A stretch of 64,000 bases of DNA from Escherichia coli (GCF_003790525.1 NZ_CP033635.1); one strand, 5' to 3'; shown: positions 23,735-34,870, counted from the stretch's first letter. The notes: generated from the letters alone by a model not told the origin. Numbers and translations: made by a program.

Positions 23735-24292
23735 TTACTGAATAACCAGCGTATTAATGATGTTTTCTGCGGTGGTCTGTGCTTTTTGCTGATCGTCAGC
23801 GGGCAGTGTAATTTGCATGGTCAGTAGTTGATTACCCACGTTACCCAGAATAACGGAAGAGTACGCCGTCTGGCCTTTCGCGGAGATAATGCTGTCTAAC
23901 TGCTGCATTTTGTGACCTTTCAGCTCAATGGCTTTATTGGTTACCACTTGCAGCTGCGGATCGCGGCTACGTTGCTGATCTTCCAGGCGCTTCGCCAGCA
24001 CCGCCAGATCTTCTTTCGGATCATCGCCCATGATGACGATGACTGCTTTTTGCCCGGTGGCGTCGGACCAGACATGCATGTTATTAGCCTGCGTTCCCAG
24101 CTTACCGCTCTGGTCGGTCATATCCGCTGGCAGCGAGAAACTTAACTTGCCATCAAGCAGGTTGACGGGATTCCCGGTAGCGTTACTTTCCGCGACCGAA
24201 CCCTGCGCCGTAGCGTTAGTGTCTTTATCATCACAGGCCGCAAGCCCCATAACCAGCAGGCCAATTCCGACATATTTAACCAGATTGCGCAT
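23735..24292 (-). CDS. dcrB: Periplasmic lipoprotein DcrB
   Basis: Start at MRNLVKYVG (185 aa); lipobox LAAC. Confidence 0.85.
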
Positions 24293-24364
24293 TGACTTCT
24301 TCCTTTCGATAAACGGCCATAACGGCTCATTCATCCATCTTATCACAACTCTGATAACGAACCT

Positions 24365-25030
24365 TTAACTCGCCTGCAAAGCGTTGATTTCGGATTTATC
24401 TGCCAGTCTTTTCAACAGCATATTGAGTAATACGCCATACATTGGCAGGAAGAAAACGATACTGATTAACACTTTGAAACAGTAATCGACCAGCGCGATT
24501 TCCATCCAGTGTTCAGCCATAAAGGCATCTGGGCTGCGCCAGAAGGCAATGAAGAAGAAGGCCAGCGTGTCGCTGACGTTACCAAACAGGGTGGAAGCCG
24601 TCGGTGCCAGCCACCAGCGACGACTCTGACGCAGGCGGTTAAAAACGTGCACGTCGAGGATTTGCCCCAGCGCGTAGGCCATGAAACTGGCGGTGGCGAT
24701 ACGGGCGACAAACAGGTTGAAGTGGGCGAGCGCGCCGAATCCCTGCCAGGAACCCATATAGAACAGCGACGAGATGACGTAGGAGATCAGTAACGCCGGG
24801 ATCATCACCGCAAAGATGATACGACGGGCCAGCGGTGCGCCAAAAATACGCACAGTCAGGTCGGTAGCAAGGAAAATAAACGGAAAGCTAAACGCGCCCC
24901 AGGTGGTATGGAAACCAAAAATGGATACGGGAAGCTGAACCAGATAGTTACTGGAGGTGATCACCAGAAGATGAAATAACGATAACCAGAACAACGCCTT
25001 ATAGCGTTGAGTTTGCGAGAAAACGTTCAT
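24365..25030 (-). CDS. yhhQ: Queuosine-precursor transporter YhhQ
   Basis: 221 aa polytopic membrane protein. Confidence 0.85.
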   Translation of the reverse strand: MNVFSQTQRYKALFWLSLFHLLVITSSNYLVQLPVSIFGFHTTWGAFSFPFIFLATDLTVRIFGAPLARRIIFAVMIPALLISYVISSLFYMGSWQGFGALAHFNLFVARIATASFMAYALGQILDVHVFNRLRQSRRWWLAPTASTLFGNVSDTLAFFFIAFWRSPDAFMAEHWMEIALVDYCFKVLISIVFFLPMYGVLLNMLLKRLADKSEINALQAS

Positions 25031-25250
25031 ATTGTACCTTTTTGATTAACCATTGGGGTGAGGGAACCCAATACGTACGACACGTCTGTTACCTTAACAT
25101 AATAACGTGCTGACCCTTTTTTCGAGCCGCCGCATGATACTGCTTTACGTTAACAATGCAATGGTTAATTTTCACGCAATCGTTAACCTGGTTTGCTTAC
25201 GGACTCACAGGGCGTAAACTAGCGCCGTTTTTTTATGTGATGAGAAGAAA

Positions 25251-25496
25251 ATGACCGATCTCTTTTCCAGCCCTGACCACACACTCGACGCACTTGGCCT
25301 GCGCTGCCCGGAACCAGTAATGATGGTGCGCAAAACAGTGCGCAATATGCAGCCAGGTGAAACGTTGCTGATTATTGCTGACGATCCGGCGACGACACGC
25401 GATATTCCTGGGTTTTGTACCTTTATGGAACACGAACTGGTTGCGAAAGAGACGGATGGACTGCCTTATCGTTATTTGATTCGCAAATCGGGGTAA
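25251..25496 (+). CDS. tusA: Sulfur-carrier protein TusA
   Basis: 81 aa; CPxP motif (LRCPEPV). Confidence 0.93.
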
Positions 25497-25600
25497 GGTG
25501 GATCAGGCTAGCGGACCGATCGCGCTCAATTTTGCGGCTTGCAACCGGTTTGTAGGACGGATAAAAAGTTCAAGCTGCATCTGGCGATACGGTGCGCAAT

Positions 25601-25687
25601 GCCTGATGCGACGCTGTCGCGTCTTATCATGCCTACGAGTTCGATGCCCTGTGTAGGCCAGATAAGGCGTTTACGCCGCATCCGGCA
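25601..25687. repeat. REP/BIME element (two inverted REP units)
   Basis: GCCTGATGCGACGCTG...CGTCTTATCATGCCTAC and TGTAGGCCAGATAAGGCGTTTACGCCGCATCCGGCA read directly. Confidence 0.8.
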
Positions 25688-25710
25688 CGCAAACGTAATG
25701 GAATGCACAA

Positions 25711-26019
25711 ATGGATTATTTAATTCCAGTTTGTCTGGCATTGCTGGGATTGCTCGCGATCTTCACCCCCAATTGGCTGATCCCTGTTTTTATCGTCGTG
25801 GGGGGATGGCTGGGGGTACTTGCCTGGGGTTGGCTCTGGCTAATGATTTTTTTACCTTTACTTAACGGTGTCGGGCTTGCTTATGCCCTGTGGTTGATGT
25901 TCAAAAGGCCATCCATAGCATCCCGCCTGGTTGCTGCATGCTGTGTTATCTCCGTCATTCTGATGTTAGCGCTTTATTATGCTTTCCTGACTATGCCGCC
26001 GTTCCCGCCTCAGCACTAA
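25711..26019 (+). CDS. Hypothetical small hydrophobic protein (about 3 TM helices, Trp-rich) in the tusA-zntA gap
   Basis: 102-aa ORF with a weak RBS between two convergent genes, next to REP repeats; could be spurious. Confidence 0.3.
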   Translation: MDYLIPVCLALLGLLAIFTPNWLIPVFIVVGGWLGVLAWGWLWLMIFLPLLNGVGLAYALWLMFKRPSIASRLVAACCVISVILMLALYYAFLTMPPFPPQH

Positions 26020-26051
26020 GCCTGATAGCCAGAGGCTATCAGGCAACACTT

Positions 26052-28250
26052 TTACTTCCTGCGCAACAATCTTAACGCATTCGCCGTCACCAGCACCGTC
26101 GCACCCGTATCTGCCAGCACCGCCAGCCATAGCCCGGTCATTCCTAACAGTGTGGTGACGAGGAAAACGCCTTTCAGCCCCAGCGCAATGGTGATGTTCT
26201 GGCGGATATTGGCGTGAGTGGCGCGTGCCAGTTCAATCATTTGCACCAGACCGCGCAGGTGGTTATGGGTTAATGCTGCATCGGCGGTTTCCAGCGCCAC
26301 GTCTGTGCCACTGCCCATTGCAATCCCGATGGCGGCAGCTTTCATCGCTGGCGCGTCGTTAATACCATCACCGACCATCGCCAGCGGCGCATGTTGATTC
26401 AGCTCGGTCACCGCTTTGACTTTATCTTCCGGCAACAGGCCCGCTTTAAATTCCAGCCCCAACTCCCCGGCAATTGCCGCCGCGGCGCGTGGATTATCGC
26501 CGGTGAGGATCACTCCTTTAACCCCCAGCGCGTTCAGTTCACTGATAGCAGTTGCAGCATCGGCGCGCAGGGTATCCTGCAACGCAATGACACCCAGCAC
26601 GTCATCATTACGTACTACCAGCACTACCGTTTGCCCGGCGCTTTCCAGTTCATTAATCAAACCAGCAAATGCATCAGCAGGATGTTTTCCGGCAGCGCAT
26701 ATCAACACGCGCTCACCGTTAACCTGCGCTTCAATGCCAGACCCGACCAGCGCCCGCTGTGATTGGGCGGTGGGAATGGCGAGTTCAGCAACCTGTGCTT
26801 CGCGCACAATGGCTTGTGCCAGTGGATGCGTCGCGCCTTGCTCGACCGCCGCCGCCAGTGTCAGCAGTTCAGATTCACTAATACCCGTTGCCGGATGAAT
26901 CGCGGTAACGCGCGGTTTACCGACGGTCAGCGTACCGGTTTTATCAAACGCCACCTGGGTAACACGACCCAGCTGCTCCAGCGCCGCGCCGCCTTTAATC
27001 AACGCCCCACGACGCGCTGCTGCCGCCAGCCCGGAGGTAATCGCCGCGGGCGTGGAGATAACTAACGCACACGGGCAACCAATCAGCAGCAGCGTCAGCC
27101 CTTTATAAATCCACTCTTGCCAGCTGGCGGCAAACAGCAGCGGCGGCACCAGCGTCACCAGCAGAGCGACGGCCATAATCGCTGGCGTGTAGATACGGCT
27201 GAAACGGTCGATAAACCGCTCAATGGGGGCGCGACGCTCTTCGGCTTCTTCGATCAGTTTCAGAATCCGGTCAATGGCGCTGGCACCCGGTTCTGACAGC
27301 ACTTCCAGCGTTACCAGACGGTCTACGCTGGTGGCACCAGCAGGGACTTTATCGCCCGTTGCGCGCTCCACCGGAATGGATTCTCCGGTCAGGGCGCTTT
27401 CATCAAAACTGGCAAACGGTGAGAGCAGTTTACCGTCGGCAGGCAAACGCCCACCTGCCGCAACTTCAATCACATCGCCAGGGCGCAGGCTGTTAATCGC
27501 CACCTCTTCACGCTCACCGTTACGCAGACGCGTGGCGGTTTCCGGTTTCAGCGCCATTAACGCGCTAACGCCCTGACGCGCGCGGCTGGCGGCCCAGCCT
27601 TCCAGTCGTTCACCAATCAAAAACAGCAGCAACACCATCGCAGCTTCAGCCGTTGCGCCAATAAACAGCGCACCAATAGCGGCTACGCTCATTAAGGTTT
27701 CAATGGCGAAGTAGCTGCCAGATTTGATCAGCCGTAATGCCTGACGAGCAATCGGGTACAGCCCAACCAGCGTGGTCGCGATAAACGCCAGTTGACCAAA
27801 CGGATGATTGAACTGCTCCAGACCCCAGCTGATTGCCATCATCACGATTAGCGTAATCAGCGGCAGATTCTCTTTCAGGCGTGATGCTTGTGGTTCGTCG
27901 GTGGTCTGTTCATCGCGCAGGGAATAGCCCGCTTTTTGCACCGCAGATTCAACCTGGGCACGGATGTCATTGTCGGCATCGACTACCAATTTTTCGGTGG
28001 CGAACAACACCTGCACCTGATTCACGCCTGCAAGCTGGCGCACGGCATTTTCCACTTTGCGCGCACAGGCGGCGCAGTCCATGCCGCTGACTTTCCAGCT
28101 ATAGCGGGTGCCGGAGACGCTTTCAGAGAGCGTTGGCGTGCTGGAACATGCGCCATCGCAGCAACAGTCGTTGGTGTTCTGTACCGTAGTTAGCGGTTTG
28201 AACGCAGCAAATTGAGGGGCTTTCTTGCCGTGATTGTCAGGAGTCGACAT
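26052..28250 (-). CDS. zntA: Zn/Cd/Pb-exporting P1B-type ATPase ZntA
   Basis: 732 aa; metal-binding GMDCAAC, CPC transmembrane motif, DKTGTLT phosphorylation site. Confidence 0.95.
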   Translation of the reverse strand: MSTPDNHGKKAPQFAAFKPLTTVQNTNDCCCDGACSSTPTLSESVSGTRYSWKVSGMDCAACARKVENAVRQLAGVNQVQVLFATEKLVVDADNDIRAQVESAVQKAGYSLRDEQTTDEPQASRLKENLPLITLIVMMAISWGLEQFNHPFGQLAFIATTLVGLYPIARQALRLIKSGSYFAIETLMSVAAIGALFIGATAEAAMVLLLFLIGERLEGWAASRARQGVSALMALKPETATRLRNGEREEVAINSLRPGDVIEVAAGGRLPADGKLLSPFASFDESALTGESIPVERATGDKVPAGATSVDRLVTLEVLSEPGASAIDRILKLIEEAEERRAPIERFIDRFSRIYTPAIMAVALLVTLVPPLLFAASWQEWIYKGLTLLLIGCPCALVISTPAAITSGLAAAARRGALIKGGAALEQLGRVTQVAFDKTGTLTVGKPRVTAIHPATGISESELLTLAAAVEQGATHPLAQAIVREAQVAELAIPTAQSQRALVGSGIEAQVNGERVLICAAGKHPADAFAGLINELESAGQTVVLVVRNDDVLGVIALQDTLRADAATAISELNALGVKGVILTGDNPRAAAAIAGELGLEFKAGLLPEDKVKAVTELNQHAPLAMVGDGINDAPAMKAAAIGIAMGSGTDVALETADAALTHNHLRGLVQMIELARATHANIRQNITIALGLKGVFLVTTLLGMTGLWLAVLADTGATVLVTANALRLLRRK

Positions 28251-28292
28251 GGCATCCTCCGGTTAAGTTTTTTCTCATTAACCGAAGGATAC

Positions 28293-28314
28293 ACTCTGGA
28301 GTCGACTCCAGAGT
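28293..28314. promoter_or_regulatory. ZntR (MerR-family) operator palindrome ACTCTGGAGTC/GACTCCAGAGT within the zntA promoter
   Basis: Perfect 22-bp palindrome 43-64 bp upstream of the zntA start, adjacent to a TTGACT -35 on the minus strand. Confidence 0.75.
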
Positions 28315-28323
28315 CAAGTTTTA

Positions 28324-28950
28324 TCAGAGATACAGCGAGCGGACGATGAGGAAGTGACCAGCAAAGTAGCAGGCCGCAGCAATCGCGTTGTCCGCACGGA
28401 AGCGGCGGCGATAGTGACTACCCAGCCAGACAAAGTTACTGATAAACAGCAACGAAGCGCCGACAAACGCAGAGAGTGCCGGAGCGGTCGGACGGAAGAA
28501 CCACAGTTCACCTGCCAGCCACACCATCACCAGCGTCATGCCGATAAACGTGCAGATAGGCCAACGATACTCTTCCAGACGCGTCCAGATAATCGCCAGT
28601 AACAGCGCGCCCAGAACCAACAGTACCAACGGCAGAGGCCAGAAGAAGGAGAGCGTCATCTGACTGGCGAAATAGATGGTGTACAGCAGGTGCGAGAGGA
28701 AAAACGCGCCGATGGCGTACATCAGACGTTGACGTGGCAACAGGGTTAGCGCATCGCCCAGCAGTGAGGCACACAGCCCCGCCAGCACCAGATAGCTAAT
28801 GGCGTCGAACATCGGCGCTTGCCAGGCCAGCAACAGCAGGAGAAGAAGGGTTAACGGTTTAAACACCCAGCGTTGCCAGGTTGGCCCACGATACGATGCA
28901 TCCACAGATAGCCATGCGGAAAGACAGACAGCGATAAACGACCAAAGCAT
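28324..28950 (-). CDS. yhhN: YhhN-family membrane protein
   Basis: 208 aa polytopic membrane protein. Confidence 0.85.
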
Positions 28951-29090
28951 CTTAGTTCCTTGAATTCGTTATTTTTTCGTAAGCGGAATGCCTACGGTCT
29001 TGCTTCCAGTTTAGTGGCGAGGGTGGACGGATGACAACACCATAACTGGCAGGGTATGCTTATTTCCGCATTTTCCGATGAGGGATAAAG

Positions 29091-29450
29091 ATGAGTAAAC
29101 CACCTCTTTTCTTTATTGTTATCATTGGCTTAATCATCGTCGCCGCATCGTTTCGTTTTATGCAACAACGACGGGAAAAAGCTGATAATGATATGGCACC
29201 GCTCCAGCAAAAGCTGGTGGTGGTGAGCAACAAGCGGGAAAAACCGATTAACGATCGCCGTTCGCGCCAGCAGGAAGTAACTCCGGCAGGCACCAGTATG
29301 CGCTATGAGGCAAGCTTCAAACCGCAAAGCGGAGGAATGGAGCAGACGTTTCGCCTAGACGCCCAGCAGTACCACGCCCTGACAGTGGGCGATAAAGGTA
29401 CGCTGAGCTATAAAGGAACGCGCTTTGTCAGCTTTATAGGCGAACAATAA
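29091..29450 (+). CDS. yhhM: DUF2500 protein YhhM
   Basis: 119 aa with an N-terminal TM helix. Confidence 0.8.
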   Translation: MSKPPLFFIVIIGLIIVAASFRFMQQRREKADNDMAPLQQKLVVVSNKREKPINDRRSRQQEVTPAGTSMRYEASFKPQSGGMEQTFRLDAQQYHALTVGDKGTLSYKGTRFVSFIGEQ

Positions 29451-29452
29451 GG

Positions 29453-29722
29453 TTATTTTTTAACTTTAAATTTCTTCTGCCAGACCAGCAGTTCAAACAC
29501 GCCGAAAAGGAAAATCCGCACCTTTTCGGCGGTGGTCATCTGCGGGCCATCTTTCGGCAAAGTGGATTTCAATAGCGCCAGCTGCATACCATGCATCAGC
29601 ACGGTAAAAATCAGCGCCACGTTAACGAAAATATTCAGCGGACGCGGGAAGGGATGCACCAGGTTGAGGATTAAAAATCCCCAAACGCAGAGCATTAACA
29701 AACGTCCAATATTAATCAACAT
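29453..29722 (-). CDS. yhhL: DUF1145 small membrane protein YhhL
   Basis: Start at MLINIGRLL (89 aa); overlaps the rsmD stop by 11 nt. Confidence 0.75.
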   Translation of the reverse strand: MLINIGRLLMLCVWGFLILNLVHPFPRPLNIFVNVALIFTVLMHGMQLALLKSTLPKDGPQMTTAEKVRIFLFGVFELLVWQKKFKVKK

Positions 29723-30308
29723 CACTTTCTCCTTGTGCTTCGCGTTGATACAGCCGATAAGCCACCTGACCCGCCACTTTTTCCCGATGTAATGACCAGT
29801 TCGCCGGAACAGTGGGCAGACCGTTTTCGACTTCGCTTTCGACATAAATCAGGGCTTCGTCAGCCAGCCAGCCGTTATCTTCCAGTAAATTTATCGTCTC
29901 TTCTAACAATCCACGGCGGAACGGTGGATCGACAAACACGATATTATGCGGTGTGCCTTTTTGCGCCAGGAATGACATCGCGTTGCTGTTCACCACGCGT
30001 GCATTGCCTGCTTTTAGTGTCGCCAGATTCTTAATTAACTGCTGAGAAACCGCACGATCCATCTCAATCAACGTGGCCCCCGCAGCGTAGCGCGATAACG
30101 CTTCCAGCCCCAGCGCGCCGCTTCCGGCGAAGCAATCCAGACATTGGGCGTCAACAATGACCGGAGCCAGCCAGTTAAACAACGTTTCGCGTACGCGGTC
30201 GGTGGTGGGGCGCAGACCTGGGCTATCAGGAACCGGGAGTTTACGGCCTCGCCACTGCCCGCCAATAATGCGGATTTGGCCGCTGCCGGAATGATTCGGT
30301 TTTTTCAT
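29712..30308 (-). CDS. rsmD: 16S rRNA m2G966 methyltransferase RsmD
   Basis: 198 aa; SAM-MTase motifs (LDCFAGSGALGLEALSR, VDPPF). Confidence 0.9.
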   Translation of the reverse strand: MKKPNHSGSGQIRIIGGQWRGRKLPVPDSPGLRPTTDRVRETLFNWLAPVIVDAQCLDCFAGSGALGLEALSRYAAGATLIEMDRAVSQQLIKNLATLKAGNARVVNSNAMSFLAQKGTPHNIVFVDPPFRRGLLEETINLLEDNGWLADEALIYVESEVENGLPTVPANWSLHREKVAGQVAYRLYQREAQGESDVD

Positions 30309-30457
30309 GATAAATTGCTCAATCCGCCAGATAACACATACTTGCAGGCGGTGATGTGAATTAAGTTAAGTGATAGACTATTTCATCATTTTTTTAGCTG
30401 CTATGTACATAGCGTTAACGCTGTGCCATGAAGCAACAGCGAGGAGTGTAGTCGCAA

Positions 30458-31996
30458 ATGGCGAAAGAAAAAAAACGTGGCTTTTTTTCCTGGCTGGGCT
30501 TTGGTCAAAAAGAGCAGACCCCGGAAAAAGAGACAGAAGTTCAGAATGAACAACCAGTTGTAGAAGAAATCGTTCCGGCGCAAGAGCCTGTGAAGGCTTC
30601 TGAACAAACCGTTGAAGAGCAGCCGCAGGCGCATACTGAAGCCGAGGCGGAAACTTTTGCTGCCGACGTTGTGGAAGTTACTGAACAGGTTGCTGAAAGT
30701 GAAAAAGCGCAGCCTGAAGCTGTTGCTGAACCGGAAGTTATTACTGAGCCGGAAACGATAGTTGAAGAAACGCCAGCGTCAGTCATTGAACCTGAAGTTA
30801 CGCCAGAGCCAGTGGCTATCGAGCGTGAAGAGCTGCCGTTGCCGGAAGACGTCAACGCCGAAGAGGTTTCGCCAGAAGAGTGGCAGGCTGAAGCGGAAAC
30901 CCTAGAGATTGTCGAAGCGGCGGAAGAAGAAGCGGCTAAAGAAGACATCACCGACGAAGAGCTGGAAGCACAGGCGCTGGCTGCCGAAGCGGCAGAAGAG
31001 GCGGTAATGGTGGTTTCTCCGGCAGAAGAAGAGCAGCCGGTGGAAGAAATCGCTCAGGAGCAGGAAAAACCGACCAAAGAAGGTTTCTTCGCGCGCCTGA
31101 AACGCAGCCTGTTAAAAACCAAAGAAAATCTCGGTTCCGGATTTATCAGCCTGTTCCGCGGTAAAAAAATCGACGATGATCTGTTTGAAGAGCTGGAAGA
31201 ACAGCTGTTGATCGCCGATGTGGGCGTGGAAACCACACGTAAAATTATCACCAATCTGACGGAAGGCGCATCCCGCAAGCAGCTTCGTGATGCCGAGGCG
31301 CTCTATGGCCTGCTGAAAGAAGAGATGGGCGAGATTCTGGCGAAAGTCGATGAGCCGCTGAATGTTGAAGGTAAAACGCCGTTCGTGATCCTGATGGTGG
31401 GCGTCAACGGTGTGGGTAAAACCACGACGATTGGTAAGCTGGCGCGTCAGTTTGAGCAGCAGGGTAAATCGGTGATGCTGGCGGCAGGCGATACTTTCCG
31501 TGCGGCAGCGGTTGAACAGCTTCAGGTCTGGGGTCAGCGCAACAATATTCCGGTGATTGCCCAGCATACCGGTGCGGATTCCGCTTCTGTTATCTTCGAC
31601 GCCATTCAGGCCGCTAAAGCGCGTAACATCGACGTCCTGATTGCCGATACCGCCGGACGCCTGCAAAACAAATCGCACCTGATGGAAGAGTTGAAGAAAA
31701 TCGTCCGCGTGATGAAGAAACTCGACGTTGAAGCTCCGCATGAAGTTATGCTGACTATTGATGCCAGCACCGGGCAGAATGCGGTAAGCCAGGCCAAACT
31801 GTTCCACGAAGCCGTTGGCTTAACCGGCATCACGCTAACGAAACTGGACGGCACGGCGAAAGGCGGGGTAATTTTCTCGGTGGCTGACCAGTTTGGTATC
31901 CCTATCCGCTACATTGGTGTCGGCGAACGTATTGAGGATTTGCGTCCGTTTAAGGCGGACGACTTTATAGAGGCACTTTTTGCCCGAGAGGATTAA
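30458..31996 (+). CDS. ftsY: Signal recognition particle receptor FtsY
   Basis: 512 aa; acidic N-terminal domain followed by NG GTPase domain (GVNGVGKTTT, DTAGR, TKLD). Confidence 0.95.
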   Translation: MAKEKKRGFFSWLGFGQKEQTPEKETEVQNEQPVVEEIVPAQEPVKASEQTVEEQPQAHTEAEAETFAADVVEVTEQVAESEKAQPEAVAEPEVITEPETIVEETPASVIEPEVTPEPVAIEREELPLPEDVNAEEVSPEEWQAEAETLEIVEAAEEEAAKEDITDEELEAQALAAEAAEEAVMVVSPAEEEQPVEEIAQEQEKPTKEGFFARLKRSLLKTKENLGSGFISLFRGKKIDDDLFEELEEQLLIADVGVETTRKIITNLTEGASRKQLRDAEALYGLLKEEMGEILAKVDEPLNVEGKTPFVILMVGVNGVGKTTTIGKLARQFEQQGKSVMLAAGDTFRAAAVEQLQVWGQRNNIPVIAQHTGADSASVIFDAIQAAKARNIDVLIADTAGRLQNKSHLMEELKKIVRVMKKLDVEAPHEVMLTIDASTGQNAVSQAKLFHEAVGLTGITLTKLDGTAKGGVIFSVADQFGIPIRYIGVGERIEDLRPFKADDFIEALFARED

Positions 31997-31998
31997 CA

Positions 31999-32667
31999 AT
32001 GATTCGCTTTGAACATGTCAGCAAGGCTTATCTCGGTGGGAGACAGGCGCTGCAGGGCGTTACGTTCCATATGCAGCCGGGTGAGATGGCGTTTCTGACC
32101 GGTCATTCCGGCGCAGGGAAAAGTACCCTCCTGAAGCTGATCTGTGGGATTGAGCGGCCCAGCGCCGGGAAAATCTGGTTTAGCGGCCATGACATCACGC
32201 GTCTGAAAAACCGTGAAGTTCCGTTTCTGCGCCGCCAGATTGGCATGATTTTCCAGGATCACCATCTACTGATGGACCGTACTGTCTACGATAATGTGGC
32301 GATCCCGCTGATTATCGCCGGTGCCAGCGGTGACGATATTCGTCGCCGGGTGTCGGCGGCACTGGATAAAGTCGGGCTACTGGACAAAGCGAAGAACTTT
32401 CCTATTCAGCTTTCCGGCGGTGAACAACAACGTGTTGGCATTGCCCGCGCGGTGGTGAACAAGCCTGCGGTACTGCTGGCGGATGAACCGACCGGTAACC
32501 TGGACGACGCGTTGTCGGAAGGCATTTTACGTCTGTTTGAAGAGTTTAACCGCGTTGGGGTAACCGTATTGATGGCAACGCACGACATCAACCTGATCTC
32601 GCGGCGTTCCTATCGCATGCTCACCCTGAGCGATGGTCACTTGCATGGAGGCGTGGGCCATGAATAA
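31999..32667 (+). CDS. ftsE: Cell-division ABC ATPase FtsE
   Basis: 222 aa; Walker [10 protein letters not shown], signature LSGGEQQR. Confidence 0.95.
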
Positions 32668-33718
32668 GCGCGATGCAATCAATCATATTCGGCAGTTTGG
32701 CGGGCGTCTGGATCGCTTCCGTAAATCGGTCGGCGGCTCTGGCGACGGCGGTCGTAACGCGCCAAAACGGGCGAAATCCTCGCCAAAACCGGTAAATCGC
32801 AAAACCAACGTTTTCAACGAACAGGTGCGCTATGCCTTCCACGGCGCATTGCAGGATCTGAAAAGCAAACCGTTCGCCACGTTTTTAACGGTGATGGTTA
32901 TCGCCATCTCCCTGACGCTGCCCAGCGTCTGTTATATGGTGTACAAAAACGTTAACCAGGCGGCGACGCAATATTATCCGTCACCGCAAATCACTGTTTA
33001 TCTGCAAAAAACGCTGGACGATGACGCCGCTGCGGGCGTGGTGGCACAGTTGCAGGCCGAGCAAGGCGTGGAGAAAGTGAATTATCTTTCTCGTGAAGAC
33101 GCACTGGGCGAGTTCCGTAACTGGTCTGGTTTTGGTGGTGCGCTGGATATGCTGGAAGAAAACCCGCTTCCGGCAGTGGCGGTGGTGATCCCGAAACTCG
33201 ATTTTCAGGGGACGGAATCACTGAATACGCTGCGTGATCGTATCACCCAGATCAACGGCATTGACGAAGTGCGGATGGATGACAGCTGGTTTGCCCGTCT
33301 GGCGGCGTTAACCGGGCTGGTCGGGCGCGTTTCCGCGATGATCGGCGTGTTGATGGTGGCAGCAGTGTTCCTCGTCATCGGTAACAGTGTGCGCCTGAGT
33401 ATCTTTGCTCGCCGTGACTCCATTAACGTGCAGAAACTGATTGGTGCGACGGATGGTTTCATCCTGCGCCCGTTCCTATACGGAGGCGCATTGCTGGGAT
33501 TTTCTGGCGCATTGTTGTCATTAATTTTGTCAGAAATTCTGGTGCTGCGATTGTCATCGGCGGTTGCGGAAGTGGCGCAGGTTTTCGGAACGAAGTTTGA
33601 TATCAATGGTTTATCGTTCGATGAATGCCTGCTATTGCTGCTGGTATGCTCGATGATTGGCTGGGTGGCAGCGTGGCTTGCCACGGTACAACATTTACGC
33701 CACTTTACGCCTGAATAA
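32660..33718 (+). CDS. ftsX: Cell-division ABC permease-like protein FtsX
   Basis: Start at MNKRDAINH (352 aa), overlapping the ftsE end by 8 nt. Confidence 0.92.
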
Positions 33719-33842
33719 TAAAAGCGTGTTATACTCTTTCCCTACAATGGGTTCCGTAGCAGGGAAAGAGACCCCGTTGTCTCTTCCCGGTATTTCATCT
33801 CTATGTCACATTTTGTGCGTAATTTATTCACAGCGTTGCATT

Positions 33843-33869
33843 GAACTTGTGGATAAAATCACTGTCTGA
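33843..33869 (+). promoter_or_regulatory. Sigma-E-dependent rpoH promoter (GAACTT-N16-TCTGA)
   Basis: Match to the sigma-E consensus about 100 bp upstream of the rpoH start. Confidence 0.6.
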
Positions 33870-33962
33870 TAAAACAGTGAATGATAACCTCGTTGCTCTT
33901 AAGCTCTGGCACAGTTGTTGCTACCACTGAAGCGCCAGAAGATATCGATTGAGAGGATTTGA

Positions 33963-34817
33963 ATGACTGACAAAATGCAAAGTTTAGCTTTAGCCCCAGT
34001 TGGCAACCTGGATTCCTACATCCGGGCAGCTAACGCGTGGCCGATGTTGTCGGCTGACGAGGAGCGGGCGCTGGCTGAAAAGCTGCATTACCATGGCGAT
34101 CTGGAAGCAGCTAAAACGCTGATCCTGTCTCACCTGCGGTTTGTTGTTCATATTGCTCGTAATTATGCGGGCTATGGCCTGCCACAGGCGGATTTGATTC
34201 AGGAAGGTAACATCGGCCTGATGAAAGCAGTGCGCCGTTTTAACCCGGAAGTGGGTGTGCGCCTGGTCTCCTTCGCCGTTCACTGGATCAAAGCAGAGAT
34301 CCACGAATACGTTCTGCGCAACTGGCGTATCGTCAAAGTTGCGACCACCAAAGCGCAGCGCAAACTGTTCTTCAACCTGCGTAAAACCAAGCAGCGTCTG
34401 GGCTGGTTTAATCAGGATGAAGTCGAAATGGTGGCCCGTGAACTGGGCGTAACCAGCAAAGACGTACGTGAGATGGAATCGCGTATGGCGGCACAGGACA
34501 TGACCTTTGACCTGTCTTCCGATGACGATTCCGACAGCCAGCCGATGGCTCCGGTGCTCTATCTGCAGGATAAATCATCTAACTTTGCTGACGGCATCGA
34601 AGATGATAACTGGGAAGAGCAGGCGGCAAACCGTCTGACCGACGCGATGCAAGGTCTGGACGAGCGTAGCCAGGATATCATCCGCGCGCGCTGGCTGGAC
34701 GAAGACAACAAGTCCACGTTGCAGGAACTGGCTGACCGTTACGGTGTTTCCGCTGAGCGTGTGCGTCAGCTGGAAAAGAACGCGATGAAAAAATTGCGCG
34801 CTGCCATTGAAGCGTAA
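33963..34817 (+). CDS. rpoH: RNA polymerase heat-shock sigma factor sigma-32
   Basis: 284 aa; sigma-70 family regions 2 and 4. Confidence 0.96.
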   Translation: MTDKMQSLALAPVGNLDSYIRAANAWPMLSADEERALAEKLHYHGDLEAAKTLILSHLRFVVHIARNYAGYGLPQADLIQEGNIGLMKAVRRFNPEVGVRLVSFAVHWIKAEIHEYVLRNWRIVKVATTKAQRKLFFNLRKTKQRLGWFNQDEVEMVARELGVTSKDVREMESRMAAQDMTFDLSSDDDSDSQPMAPVLYLQDKSSNFADGIEDDNWEEQAANRLTDAMQGLDERSQDIIRARWLDEDNKSTLQELADRYGVSAERVRQLEKNAMKKLRAAIEA

Positions 34818-34837
34818 TTTCCGCTATTAAGCAGAGA

Positions 34838-34870
34838 ACCCTGGATGAGAGTCCGGGGTTTTTGTTTTTT
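34838..34870 (+). terminator. rpoH intrinsic terminator (stem ACCCTGGA/TCCGGGGT followed by TTTTTGTTTTTT)
   Basis: GC-rich hairpin plus a long T tract 20 nt after the stop codon. Confidence 0.85.

Noticed and set aside
25031-25250. Possible preQ1 riboswitch upstream of the queuosine-precursor transporter gene yhhQ
   Set aside because: yhhQ is on the minus strand and its 5' leader shows no conserved preQ1 aptamer-like pseudoknot; a hairpin plus T7 at about 25218-25244 is more simply a terminator or promoter-proximal structure near tusA.
26391-27576. Several 100-160-aa plus-strand ORFs
   Set aside because: All antisense to zntA, Ala/Ser/Arg-rich as expected from the GC-rich opposite strand of a real gene.
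30541-30951. 136-aa Ser/Thr-rich minus-strand ORF
   Set aside because: Antisense to the acidic Glu/Ala/Pro-rich A-domain of ftsY; a compositional artefact of the low-complexity region.
31112-31807. 231-aa minus-strand ORF
   Set aside because: Antisense within the ftsY NG domain; no start context.
30458-31996. FtsY length of 512 aa versus the roughly 497 aa I recall for K-12
   Set aside because: The difference maps to the repetitive acidic A-domain, where in-frame length polymorphism is common; not evidence of a novel feature.
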